A DNA stretch of 64,000 nucleotides from an uncultured delta proteobacterium (GCA_963790475.1 CAWBOS010000010.1:1664001-1728000), one strand, 5' to 3'; numbered from the stretch's first letter, positions 19,814-29,529 are shown. Notes: generated by a model not told the origin, from the sequence alone. A program made the numbers and translations.

Positions 19814-20974
19814 ATGGACTTTCAATTGACGGAAGAACAAAAACTTTTCAAACAATCGGTACATGATTTTGCCGATTCTCGTATCGCGCCGATGGTGGAC
19901 TATTGGGAGAAAGGAGACCTTTCCCTGGCGCGGAAGGATCTCCTTTCCGAATACCGGGAGTTGGGCTTGCTGGGTATTACCCTTCCGGAGGAATATGGCG
20001 GCCAGGGACTGCCGGCGATTTACGCCATCCTGGCCATGGAAGAGCTGGCCAGGGTCACCACCAGGGCCTCCGGTGTGGTCATGGAGAGCAGTTTCGGGCC
20101 GATACGGGCCGTGGAAAAATTCGGGACGGAAGAACAAAAGCAACGATTTATTCCCCCCTGTGCCCGCGGTGAGAATTTTATGTCCGTCGGCATGACTGAA
20201 CCAGGAGCAGGATCGGCACTGACCGACTTAACAACTCGGGCCGTTCTTAAAGGGGATCACTATGTGGTCAACGGCCAAAAAAGATTTATTTCCGGAGGAG
20301 GCCATTCGGACTGGTATATGGTTTATGTCCGCTTGAGCGATCGTAAAGGACACCAGGGAATCGGCGGAATAGTGGCCGAAAAAGGCACTCCGGGATTTTC
20401 CTTTGGAAAACAGGAAGAATTCATGGGTCTTCACGGCATGCACAGCTGCGATCTTATTTTTGAAGACTGTCTAGTCCCCAAAGAGAATCTGATCATTCCC
20501 GAAGGCGGTTTCGCCAAGTTGATGCAGGCCTTTGATGTGGAACGCTGCGGGAATGCCACCCAATCGCTGGGGATCGCCTGGGGCGCCCTGGAGGCAGCCA
20601 AAAAATATTCCAAGGAACGAACGGCCTTCGGAAAACCCATCTGCGAATTTCAGGCCATACAATTACTCCTGGCGGATATGGCTATGAAGGTCGAGGCCGC
20701 CAGGCTCCTGATCTACCGGGCGGTGGTCAATGCCGGTAATGGATTGCCCTCGGTATTCGAATCTTCCGTGGCCAAATGTTTTGCCAATGAAATCGGCAAG
20801 GAGGTTACGGACATGGCCATGCAGGTCTTCGGCGGGTACGGCTATTCCAAAGAGTACCCCATCGAACGTATGCTGCGGGACAGCCGCGGCTGGCCCCTGG
20901 CCGGAGGTACGGTTCAAATTCAACGGATCAACATCGCCTCGGCTATGCTGGGAAGAAGGTTTGACCAGAGATAG
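19814..20974 (+). CDS. Acyl-CoA dehydrogenase
   Basis: MDFQLTEEQ start after AAGGAG; MTEPGAGS, NGQKRFIS, QVFGGYGY. Confidence 0.93.
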   Translation: MDFQLTEEQKLFKQSVHDFADSRIAPMVDYWEKGDLSLARKDLLSEYRELGLLGITLPEEYGGQGLPAIYAILAMEELARVTTRASGVVMESSFGPIRAVEKFGTEEQKQRFIPPCARGENFMSVGMTEPGAGSALTDLTTRAVLKGDHYVVNGQKRFISGGGHSDWYMVYVRLSDRKGHQGIGGIVAEKGTPGFSFGKQEEFMGLHGMHSCDLIFEDCLVPKENLIIPEGGFAKLMQAFDVERCGNATQSLGIAWGALEAAKKYSKERTAFGKPICEFQAIQLLLADMAMKVEAARLLIYRAVVNAGNGLPSVFESSVAKCFANEIGKEVTDMAMQVFGGYGYSKEYPIERMLRDSRGWPLAGGTVQIQRINIASAMLGRRFDQR

Positions 20975-21001
20975 AGACGTTTCAATAATAGGGAGGGAAA
21001 A

Positions 21002-21133
21002 ATGAAAAAGAGTTTCAGGGGATTCATTTTATTTTTTATTGTTTTCACCCTAATAGGGACGGGCTTAGTCTCTGAAACCGGTGCGGCGGAAAAAGTACAG
21101 TACGGCGGTACGCTCACCTATTTGAAAAGGGGG
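21002..21133 (+). pseudogene. 5' fragment of an ABC (family 5, peptide/nickel-type) substrate-binding protein gene
   Basis: Signal peptide then AAEKVQYGGTLTY; ends at the intron 3' junction and does not resume after the intron. Confidence 0.6.
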
Positions 21134-23067
21134 ATCGAGGTAGGACAGCCAGTTACCCGACTGCCCCCTCACAGACCCCGGCGTGCAGAATTACCGCACC
21201 GGGTTCCTCAGAATTATTCGCTTGGGTGCTTCTGCCCTCAAAAGGCCATTTCCAGTTGCTTCGGCAATTTCTTTTCCGTTATCCGTGGTTTCTCTATCCG
21301 GAAATATTTCAGAAGTTCATTAAAACCAGGCCAGGTGTAACTCTTACGCTGGCTTCTCCGATTCAGACGCTTGAATAATATCCTCATCGCCCGATAGTAG
21401 AATGATGCCAGACTCTTAAAGTTCCCAATCACTCCGTAGTAATTGTAATACCCCCGAAGCTTCGCATTGAGTTTACTGAAAAAGTCTGTCATCCGTAGGT
21501 TGATGTTCTTTCTACACCATTCGTCAAAGTTCTTTATGGAATTCTTGTACTTCTTCCGGGAGGTCCGTTTCCAAATGTGCACTTTCCCTGCTCTGCTCGT
21601 CCTCCATCGAAATTCAAATCCCAAAAATTCAAACATGGCCTTGTCTTCCCTGTGCAGCCGACTAAAACGGATTATCCGTGTCTTTTCTTCCGCCAAGGTC
21701 AGACCGAACTTCCCCAGACGTTTGCCCAGCACATCATAAAACCGCTGGGCATCCCTCTGGCTTTGAAAGGCACATATAAAGTCATCCGCATATCTGCAAT
21801 AGTATGCCTGCCCGCAATGCGCTTTCACCACTTCCTCAAACCACTCATCCAAAACATAGTGTAAGTAGATGTTGGCCAATATCGGCGATACGATTCCTCC
21901 CTGGGGTGTTCCCGTTATGGGATCGATCACCCGGCCTTCTTCCAATACACCGGCCTTTAGCCACTTCCCTATCAAGCCCAGAAACGGCTTATCATCGATC
22001 TTCTTCTTCAGCATCTCCATCAACAGGGTGTGATCGATTGCATCGAAAAAGCCTTTGATATCAGCTTCGACAATATAGTTGAATCCCCCGAACTGAAGCT
22101 TTGTGGATACCTCCTTGATCGCATCCAGTGCTCCCAGTTTCGGCCTATATCCAAAGCTGCCAGCCTTAAATATCGGCTCGTATATCGCTTCCAGTATCTT
22201 GGCTACTGCTGTTCGCAGCAGCTTGTCTTCCGTGGCCGGAATCCCAAGAGGTCTTGTTTTCCCTCCTGGTTTCGGTATGAAACGCCTCAACACCAACTTC
22301 GCCCGATACCAGCCCCCTTTGACCCGCTCGACCAGGTCAACTATATGATCTGTCAATCTCTCCCCGTATTGCCAGTAGGTCACCCGATCTACTCCAGGCG
22401 CTGACTTCCGGTTCATAAATCTCCAGCACCAATACAGCATCTCTGCGTCGATCCGTCCCATCAGGTTCTGAAATCGGTGGTCTTTATGTAGTGCAGATTT
22501 CTCCGCTATTCCCCGCAGTGAGGTTTGCATTAATTCTCCAGCCCGACTTTGTCCGGTTAATGTTTCCTTTGCAGACTACATAATCCTGCTCACCCCTTCC
22601 CCCTGTGATCGGCTCTACCGTCTCTGAGTACTATGAGTGAGTATGACTCCCTGACCGTCTTCGGCACGCCTCCTTTTTCTCGTTGGACACGCCTACCTGA
22701 TCTCCCTTCTTCTCAGGAACTGTCAGGGTCTCCCAGGTTCCATAGTGCTTCTCTTCATACATGCCACGCCCTTCTTCCGACACCGGCAGACCCTCCAGAT
22801 TCTTGCCCTTAACGAATCCTTTGTTTCGGCTTCCGTTCAACGTATAACGTCGCCATCTGCTTCATATGAATTACGATGCTGTATCATGCTTCAGGAGAGC
22901 ACCCCTCTCCCTGTGGCCTATATGATTCCCTGTGTACGCTTCGTGTGGGTCGTTCAACCACTTGTCTATCCTTCCCAGTCACGCAACACTCGGTACGGGT
23001 GGTTGGCTATTCCTTACCCGACAGGGACTCTCACCCTGTAAGAAACACCAGGCTTGGCCTGGCGCAC
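21134..23067 (-). mobile_element. Group II intron (bacterial class E-like, IIB), full length, 1934 nt
   Basis: 5' GTGCG at 23067; DV at 21206-21174 and DVI with bulged A ending ...CCTACCTCGAT at 21134; EBS1 ACGTTG (22843-22838) complementary to IBS1 CAACGT in the 5' exon. Confidence 0.92.
21238..22530 (-). CDS. ltrA: Group II intron reverse transcriptase/maturase (no endonuclease domain)
   Basis: APGVD, RPLGIP, EADIKGFFD, GTPQGGIVSPILANIYLH, RYADD, FLGF, LRGYYNYY. Confidence 0.96.
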   Translation of the reverse strand: MQTSLRGIAEKSALHKDHRFQNLMGRIDAEMLYWCWRFMNRKSAPGVDRVTYWQYGERLTDHIVDLVERVKGGWYRAKLVLRRFIPKPGGKTRPLGIPATEDKLLRTAVAKILEAIYEPIFKAGSFGYRPKLGALDAIKEVSTKLQFGGFNYIVEADIKGFFDAIDHTLLMEMLKKKIDDKPFLGLIGKWLKAGVLEEGRVIDPITGTPQGGIVSPILANIYLHYVLDEWFEEVVKAHCGQAYYCRYADDFICAFQSQRDAQRFYDVLGKRLGKFGLTLAEEKTRIIRFSRLHREDKAMFEFLGFEFRWRTSRAGKVHIWKRTSRKKYKNSIKNFDEWCRKNINLRMTDFFSKLNAKLRGYYNYYGVIGNFKSLASFYYRAMRILFKRLNRRSQRKSYTWPGFNELLKYFRIEKPRITEKKLPKQLEMAF

Positions 23068-23507
23068 ACGTTGTCCATTTAATTCAAAATCTTTTTATTT
23101 TTGGGCGCAAAGTGGGTGTCCCTCCACTTTTGTTACCCTCGCCCCTTGGAGCAATCTCAACCATTGGAACCAAGCCGTCAATGGCTCGGGCACACAATTG
23201 CCTGAACCGGAAAATTTTCTCGGTCTTGATCATCCATCTTTATAAATTTTGCCATGTCTTATTTTCTTCAAGTCGAGCCAGTCCTCCTCGAAGAAGAAGG
23301 GCGACGGCAGCAAAATGGCCTGGCCTCCGGAGGAAATTATTTATCTCTGAGATGGCGGCGAACAATTCGAGCGATATTGATTGCCGCACTATATGCCTCT
23401 TTGGGGGAGTTCGGCCCAGAGGGGCTTACCCCCCGTAGATCGGGACGTTGGTTCTAAGTTGCATAACTTCCATACTCGTAAGTTGTTTGACTCCCTATCA
23501 TTATTAT

Positions 23508-24029
23508 TTAATCCCATGACCTCCGGTGCCAAAACTCTCGTTTTAGTCCCTCGTAGAGGTTGAAGACGATCGGGCAAATCTGGCAATTTGAAAAAGCCTG
23601 GTTGACCCTGAAAATGAATTCCCGCTTGTGCAAGTGGGGAAATGAGCGACAGTCGGCCGGCCTTTGGTCATAAACAGTACAACGATTGTCCTTCAGAAAA
23701 GGACAGGGAAGGGTATTGAAGGTCTCACCTTCTCCGTCTTCGTCCGTCCGCAGGTATCGGGCACGAAAGGCACTCACGGGCAGGCCCTGCGCTTGTGAAA
23801 GCCGTTTTACATCCGCCTTAGTGAGAAGAGGCCGGGACACCCGGCAGCAGTTAGCGCAGGAGGTGCACTCGATCCTGGAGGATAGTTCCCGGTACAGTTG
23901 GTGAACCTTGGAGTCGATTCTGTGAATCGACCAATTGGAGCTTTTCAAAAAACATCGGAAAGCCCAATTAGCCTTTTCCCGAAGCCGGGCGAGTTTTTCA
24001 ATCCTGTTGATATCGGTCTCTATTTCCAT
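23508..24029 (-). CDS. YkgJ family CxxCxxCC cysteine-cluster protein
   Basis: CTSCANCC, PCPFL..NRCTVY..RP..CRSFP. Confidence 0.88.
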   Translation of the reverse strand: MEIETDINRIEKLARLREKANWAFRCFLKSSNWSIHRIDSKVHQLYRELSSRIECTSCANCCRVSRPLLTKADVKRLSQAQGLPVSAFRARYLRTDEDGEGETFNTLPCPFLKDNRCTVYDQRPADCRSFPHLHKREFIFRVNQAFSNCQICPIVFNLYEGLKREFWHRRSWD

Positions 24030-24111
24030 CCCTATCAAGTCCCCAACATTGGATGTCCCCTAAGATATCTTTGGACTGGGTCAGGTCCATTTTCCTTGCA
24101 TTTGTTTATTA

Positions 24112-24312
24112 TCAGCGTCTATCCGGATTAAATTTAATCACCCGCATATTCGGAATATGATGGTAATGTTTGGTATTGGCCGTTAGAAGGACTTCCGAAG
24201 TATTAATACAAGTAGCCGCAATCAAGGCATCGGCCAATTCCAGGGAGTGACTTAAAAAGAATTCCTCAATAAAGATCATGGCTCGTGTTGAAATATCAGA
24301 ATTGAAAGGAGG
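24112..24312 (-). pseudogene. VapC/PIN toxin C-terminal remnant
   Basis: ...STRAMIFIEEFFLSHSLELADALIAATCINTSEVLLTANTKHYHHIP...; N-terminal DT motif and start are missing. Confidence 0.75.
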
Positions 24313-24410
24313 ATTCTCCCTACACTTTTTTCTTCTTGATTCTGTTTTTTCGTTGCCTTATATTTTCCCTTCAAAAAGGAAATTCTTATCTAAATGGTCC
24401 AAGGTGAAAG

Positions 24411-24692
24411 GTGAAAGGGAAAATACAAAAGATAAAAAAGGCTAATCAAGATGAGTCTTCAAAACTGAGGCCTTGCAACTCCAAACTTGAACCGCCCGCT
24501 TTTGTCAGACGCCGCCGCTGTTCGGATTGTCTTTATTGCCAGGTTTGCTCGCTGGAGCGCTGCCGTCTTTGCTGGGCCTCGAAAACGAACCCCCAAAAAA
24601 AATTGTCCATGGCCGAACAAATCGCCCTCTATAATCGAATCAATAAAAAGAAAGTAACCAGGAAGAAAAAAGATTCTAGCGCCAGGTCCTGA
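24411..24692 (+). CDS. Small basic Cys-rich hypothetical protein
   Basis: CSDCLYCQVCSLERCRLC cluster followed by LSMAEQIALY. Confidence 0.55.
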   Translation: MKGKIQKIKKANQDESSKLRPCNSKLEPPAFVRRRRCSDCLYCQVCSLERCRLCWASKTNPQKKLSMAEQIALYNRINKKKVTRKKKDSSARS

Positions 24693-24757
24693 CATTTCTA
24701 TTTCTGGTCAGCGAATTTCTTTGGAGAGTTAAAGAACAAAAAGACGGATGAAATGAA

Positions 24758-24783
24758 AAGCCGGGTCCAAGAGGACCCGGCTT
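24758..24783. terminator. Bidirectional intrinsic terminator
   Basis: AAGCCGGGTCC-AAGA-GGACCCGGCTT between convergent genes. Confidence 0.75.
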
Positions 24784-24824
24784 CTTCGATTTGCCTGCCA
24801 TTTATTTGTTGCAGGTCCCTTTTT

Positions 24825-26108
24825 CTATTTTCTTTCTTTTTTCCTGGTCTCGATGGCTTCCCAGCGTTCCCTCCAAGGCTGCCAGAAGGGAATCTGTTTT
24901 TCCTTGGGGAGATCAAAAATATTCAGGGGTTTTCCCCTGAATTTCTCGGGCCCAGGCCATTTTTCAACCTCCTGCATCAGCTTTTCCAGATAGAAATCGG
25001 AATCGCCCAGATAGAGCTGTTTGGTCTTCCCCCTTCTGGAAAAGAGGGGCAAAAGCCCTCGATCCACTTCATAGCCGACCCCGGCCAAGACCTGGTGACC
25101 GCGCCAGCAGGCCCTCTCATGAGAATCGCTGGTCCAGGCCTTGGCCATGGCCACTTCCAGATTGCAGGGAAGGTTATCATTGAGTTTCCATACCGCCTGA
25201 TAGGTCAGCCACCTGGAGGCATCCACTTCGCTTAATAGAAAGACACAATGGTCCTGTACATATTGGTTGATGCCGATGGGCATATCGAACTGGACCCTGG
25301 CCTTGGCATATCCAACGGTAATTTCCAATACGCGTTGTCCGGCGCCGACCATGTCGGCGCAAAGTAGAACAGCCCCTTTATTCATGACCTTTTCCAGAGG
25401 CGCCCAGCCTTTATGGAGGGGACCGACCATATTCTCCCTGGGGATCTTAACCCTTCGGAAGGCAACCTCGCACTGTTTGTCGCCTGCCGTCGTCTCCAGA
25501 ATTTCATAGCTTACTCCCGGGGCTTTGGCATCCACCAGAAAAAGGGTGATGCCGTCTTCAGGTTTATTCCCCTTTCGGGTTCTGGTAACACACAGCAGAT
25601 AATCGGCAATATGGGCATCATGGACGAACAGCTTCGTCCCATTGATGATATAATCATCCCCCTTGGGAGTGGCGCTTACCGTTACCCCTTCGGGCTTCCA
25701 GGCCGTTCCCTCCCAACTGGATTCCGGTTCGGTCAGGGCCAGCGAAAGGATCAGTTCTCCTTTGGCAATCTTCGGCAGCAGGTCCGCTTTCTGCTTATTA
25801 CTCCCTGCCTCCAAAACAGTCAGACCGCCTAAAATAATCGTGGACAAATAAGGACTGGGCAGCATGGCCCTTCCCATTTCCTCGAACAATATGGCCAGGT
25901 CAAAGAAACTGCCCCCCTTCCCTCCAAATTGTTCCGGATATCCCAGTCCCAGCCACCCTTTCCCGGCCATTTTCCGCCAAAGCTTCTTTGAAAAACCCTG
26001 ATCATCTTCCTCCATTTCCCGGACAAAACTCTCGGGGCATTCCTTTTCCAGAAACGCCCGGGCCTCTTTTTTCAGTCTTTCCTGCGCTTCGGTAAGAGAA
26101 AAATCCAT
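24825..26108 (-). CDS. Acyl-CoA dehydrogenase (FadE27-like partner subunit)
   Basis: MDFSLTEAQ, LALTEP, NGTKLFV, HQVLAGVG. Confidence 0.9.
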   Translation of the reverse strand: MDFSLTEAQERLKKEARAFLEKECPESFVREMEEDDQGFSKKLWRKMAGKGWLGLGYPEQFGGKGGSFFDLAILFEEMGRAMLPSPYLSTIILGGLTVLEAGSNKQKADLLPKIAKGELILSLALTEPESSWEGTAWKPEGVTVSATPKGDDYIINGTKLFVHDAHIADYLLCVTRTRKGNKPEDGITLFLVDAKAPGVSYEILETTAGDKQCEVAFRRVKIPRENMVGPLHKGWAPLEKVMNKGAVLLCADMVGAGQRVLEITVGYAKARVQFDMPIGINQYVQDHCVFLLSEVDASRWLTYQAVWKLNDNLPCNLEVAMAKAWTSDSHERACWRGHQVLAGVGYEVDRGLLPLFSRRGKTKQLYLGDSDFYLEKLMQEVEKWPGPEKFRGKPLNIFDLPKEKQIPFWQPWRERWEAIETRKKERK

Positions 26109-26147
26109 AATCCCGCTCCTTTCTGTGTATGGCAATACCCTTTTGAG

Positions 26148-27380
26148 TTATTTTTTCTTTTCCTGCAAAGATTCGGCGATGACTTTATTAAACTTGGCCG
26201 GTATTCTGGGTAAACCCAATCCTCTGCCTGCTGCGACAATCTTATTCACTTCCAGTGTGCCGGCCGGGTGGACGCTGCGGGCGATCTGCCAGCGGCGTTC
26301 AACCTTTCCTGCGAATTTGGCCCATTTCGACCCGGAGCGGAGTTGGCCGTAAAGCCCCAGGATATTCATCATGTTCTCCGGATGCTGAGTCGAAATGAGT
26401 TTATTAAAAAAGCCGCTCAAGTCATAAGGTTTCGAACCCAATTCTTTCTTTTTAGAATGCCGCCAAACCGCTTCCCAGGCGATGAGTCTCTGGATCTCGA
26501 TATCGAGAGCCATCTTGGCCAGGGTCTTCCGAACATCGGGATCCTTAATGAGAGGAACTCCGTTACGTTTTGTTTTTTTACAAAATTGAATGAATTCCAC
26601 CAACATCCGTTTATGGGTGGCGGGATTACCGGTGCCGCTGCGTTCGAATTCGAAGGCGGCCATAGCGTGGTAGAATCCTTTATTGAGCTCTCCGAGAAGG
26701 TTTTCTTTGGGCACCTTTACGTCTTTATAAAAGATATTCACCTGGGTGCCGAAACCCATGGTTCCCTGGGCCTGGTAAGTGATACCCGGTGTATCTCCCG
26801 GAACGAGAAAAAGGCTGATCCCCTGATGTTTTGGTTCGGTATCGGCGGTCCGGGCCAGGGTATAAAGGTAGTCAGGTTTTACCATTGTACTGATAAAAGT
26901 CTTCTGGCCGTTTAATACATAATACTCACCCTCCGGAACCGCTCTGACTTTCTGGTTGGCTTCGTCCGAACCGGCCTCGGGTTCGGTAAAGGCCTGGTTC
27001 CATATAGCCGTCCCTTTGGCTATGCCGGGCAAAAACTTTTTCTTTTGTTCCTCCGTCCCGAAGATCTGAACGGCTGGTCCGGCAATATGAAGTCCTGAAA
27101 AATTGGGCCACCGTCCTCCGGTGTATCCCCATTCCTCCTCCACGACTCCCTGCTCGATCGGGCTGAGTCCCAGCCCACCCGTTTCCCGGGACCATCCAGG
27201 GGTCAGATACCCTTTGCTGCCGGCCTTTTTTTGGAATTTCATCCAAAATTCGGTCTGGGCTTTGGTCAAGGAAAACATCGTTTCCACGCCCGGATCAAAA
27301 TCTTCCGGTATTTCGTTTAAGAAAAATTCCCGGGCATCCTTTCTCAACTTCTCCTGCTTTTCAGTAAATCCGAAGTCCAT
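26148..27380 (-). CDS. Acyl-CoA dehydrogenase (FadE26-like subunit)
   Basis: FTEPEAGSD, NGQKTFIS, FEFER, AGT.E.....RGLGLPR. Confidence 0.9.
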   Translation of the reverse strand: MDFGFTEKQEKLRKDAREFFLNEIPEDFDPGVETMFSLTKAQTEFWMKFQKKAGSKGYLTPGWSRETGGLGLSPIEQGVVEEEWGYTGGRWPNFSGLHIAGPAVQIFGTEEQKKKFLPGIAKGTAIWNQAFTEPEAGSDEANQKVRAVPEGEYYVLNGQKTFISTMVKPDYLYTLARTADTEPKHQGISLFLVPGDTPGITYQAQGTMGFGTQVNIFYKDVKVPKENLLGELNKGFYHAMAAFEFERSGTGNPATHKRMLVEFIQFCKKTKRNGVPLIKDPDVRKTLAKMALDIEIQRLIAWEAVWRHSKKKELGSKPYDLSGFFNKLISTQHPENMMNILGLYGQLRSGSKWAKFAGKVERRWQIARSVHPAGTLEVNKIVAAGRGLGLPRIPAKFNKVIAESLQEKKK

Positions 27381-27810
27381 ATCCTTCCTCCTTATTCAAG
27401 GGTTAGTTGAACTTTATCGAGATCGGAAATTAGAAGTCTCCCTCACCTCCTCTCCTGAACATCCCGAATTTCCCCAAACAGTTCAAGGGTTGGCCTTCCG
27501 GAGTGAAGACCGCACAGTATTTAATATCAAATTTGGGGGATCGAAAAGAAATGCCTTTTGGGATCGGGTCAGAGATCATCGCTCTTCTCGGGATCGTAAA
27601 AAGGAGGGGTTAAAAGCAATAAATCATAGTGTTTTCTATATCATAACTTTTTAATTAGTCAATAGCTTATTAAAAAAAGAAAGCGGGATCAGGGTTTGAT
27701 CAGAGGCGCGGGGAAGATCCCCTTGTGGGTAGGGGGCCCCCAGGGGACTAAAATAATCGGCCTTTTCTTCATAATGAAGATTCCCAACAGTTAGGTGAAG
27801 GCCATTTTTA

Positions 27811-29529
27811 TCAGAAGCTAAAAGTACTGTCCATCTCCTCATCGCTGATCATAACCACGGTATTGTGCGGCGGAAGGGGTTCCTTATAAAAATATTCTGG
27901 CAGCCGATCATCCCGGTTGGTGAACCCTGCTCGGCGATTAAAATCCAGTTCGGCCTTTAAAACGCGTATCCCCATTTCGGTTATGGCCTCCGGACCAAGC
28001 TGGGTGCCGAGTTTGGCATTCAACACCTTAAGAAAGGCCGCGCCCCCTTCCGGTGTGGACATGGCCCCCAGGGTAAAGACGCAAAGACCGGTGCAATCCA
28101 GTGCGGCCACGGCAATCTGGGCGTTTCGCGAGGCCTGGACCTGGCCGTCAGGTTTCAAAGGATTGAGACGTCCGGCCAGGGAAGGGCCGACCAGATTTCC
28201 GGCCGTATGATCGGCACCCATGGGAGAGGTGGAATAAGTAACGGCATTGCCTTGCAAGCCCCGGGGGTCATAGGCGGAAATACTCTGTCCTTTAACCACC
28301 GGGACCCGGCGGTGGTTGAAATGTTGCCCCACGGCCACTGGGCCGTTGCCCAGGATTCGACCCATCTCTGTCCCCTTGACGGTTTCTTCCACCATCTCCA
28401 CGGCGGCCTGGAAATCTCCGAATTTTTTATACCCGGCATCCATGGCCACGGCGATAGCCACACCGGTACTGATGGTATCCAGTCCGATGTCGTCACAGAG
28501 GAAATCCAGTCGGGCTATGGTATCCAGGTCACCGATCCCGATCATCCCCCCCATAGACCAGATAGTCTCGTATTCCAGGGAAGAGGTTATATATTCACCT
28601 TGTTTATCAACGTATACATTGGAACAGTGAATAATGCATTGGCTGCAACCCATATGGCTGGGATTCCCGCCCCTTTCCTTGATGACTTGGGCCAGTTTCT
28701 CTCCGCTGATCTTTTCCCAATCTTCAAACACCCCCTTGCGGGCATTGTAACTGGGAAAGGCGCCCATGGCATTCACCGGGGCCACCAAACCGGCCGTCCC
28801 CAATTTCGGGAGGACCTGTCCGGAATGGGGAAAGGCCCGGATCGCCTTAGCGAAGGTCCTGGCCGCTTCCCGAAAGGCCTCCGGATCGACGATGGCATCA
28901 GGACTGTTTCCCCCCTGATCCACCACCAGGGCCTTCAAACCCTTGGACCCCATTACCGCCCCCAAGCCTCCCCGTCCCGCTGCCCGACAGGGACGGCCAT
29001 CGATATCCGATCCCTGGATGGAGGCGACTTTCAGACCAAGTTCTCCGGCCGGGCCAATGCCGATCACCGAATTCTTTTCCCCATAGGACTCCAGAAGTCT
29101 CACCACCAGTTTATAGGTCCGCATTCCTTTGAATTCATTGGCCGGTAAAAGAAAAGCCTCCCCTTTTCCATCGATCCGCAAAAGATGGAGTTCCCCATCC
29201 GCGGCCTGCCCTTCCACAATAACGGCCCCAATCCCCAAACGTCCCAGGGCGGCGGCAATCGTGCCTCCACAATTGCTTTCCTTGATGGTCCCGGTCAAAG
29301 GGCTTTTGGCGCCGACTGAAATCCGGCTGGTGTTGACCAGACTCGTTCCACTTAAGAGTCCCGGTGCAAAAATGAGCTTATTTCCCGGACCCAAGGGGTC
29401 GCATTTCGGGGGGACTTCGGCATTGATCATCACCGAAGTCAGACCACGTCCTCCCAGACCGAGATAACCTTCGGGTAATTTCTCAACCCGGATGGTTTTT
29501 TTGGACATATCCACTCTAATAATTTTCAC
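27811..29529 (-). CDS. aor: Aldehyde:ferredoxin oxidoreductase (tungstopterin AOR family)
   Basis: KSPLTG, GRGGLGAVMGSK, CSQCIIHC, EYET, DDIGLD, DRLP. Confidence 0.93.
   Translation of the reverse strand: MKIIRVDMSKKTIRVEKLPEGYLGLGGRGLTSVMINAEVPPKCDPLGPGNKLIFAPGLLSGTSLVNTSRISVGAKSPLTGTIKESNCGGTIAAALGRLGIGAVIVEGQAADGELHLLRIDGKGEAFLLPANEFKGMRTYKLVVRLLESYGEKNSVIGIGPAGELGLKVASIQGSDIDGRPCRAAGRGGLGAVMGSKGLKALVVDQGGNSPDAIVDPEAFREAARTFAKAIRAFPHSGQVLPKLGTAGLVAPVNAMGAFPSYNARKGVFEDWEKISGEKLAQVIKERGGNPSHMGCSQCIIHCSNVYVDKQGEYITSSLEYETIWSMGGMIGIGDLDTIARLDFLCDDIGLDTISTGVAIAVAMDAGYKKFGDFQAAVEMVEETVKGTEMGRILGNGPVAVGQHFNHRRVPVVKGQSISAYDPRGLQGNAVTYSTSPMGADHTAGNLVGPSLAGRLNPLKPDGQVQASRNAQIAVAALDCTGLCVFTLGAMSTPEGGAAFLKVLNAKLGTQLGPEAITEMGIRVLKAELDFNRRAGFTNRDDRLPEYFYKEPLPPHNTVVMISDEEMDSTFSF

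Noticed and set aside
21121-21140. 17-nt match GAAAAGGGGGATCGAGG between the intron 3' junction and the REP-like element at about 38875-38891
   Set aside because: Half of the match is the intron's own terminal CCTCGAT and the rest is low complexity. The other intron flank does not continue the REP, so it is probably coincidence.
21238-22530. RT as a retron, DGR or CRISPR-associated RT
   Set aside because: It has a maturase X domain and is enclosed by canonical group II intron ends with a matching EBS1/IBS1. No TR/VR pair, msr-msd or cas genes were seen.
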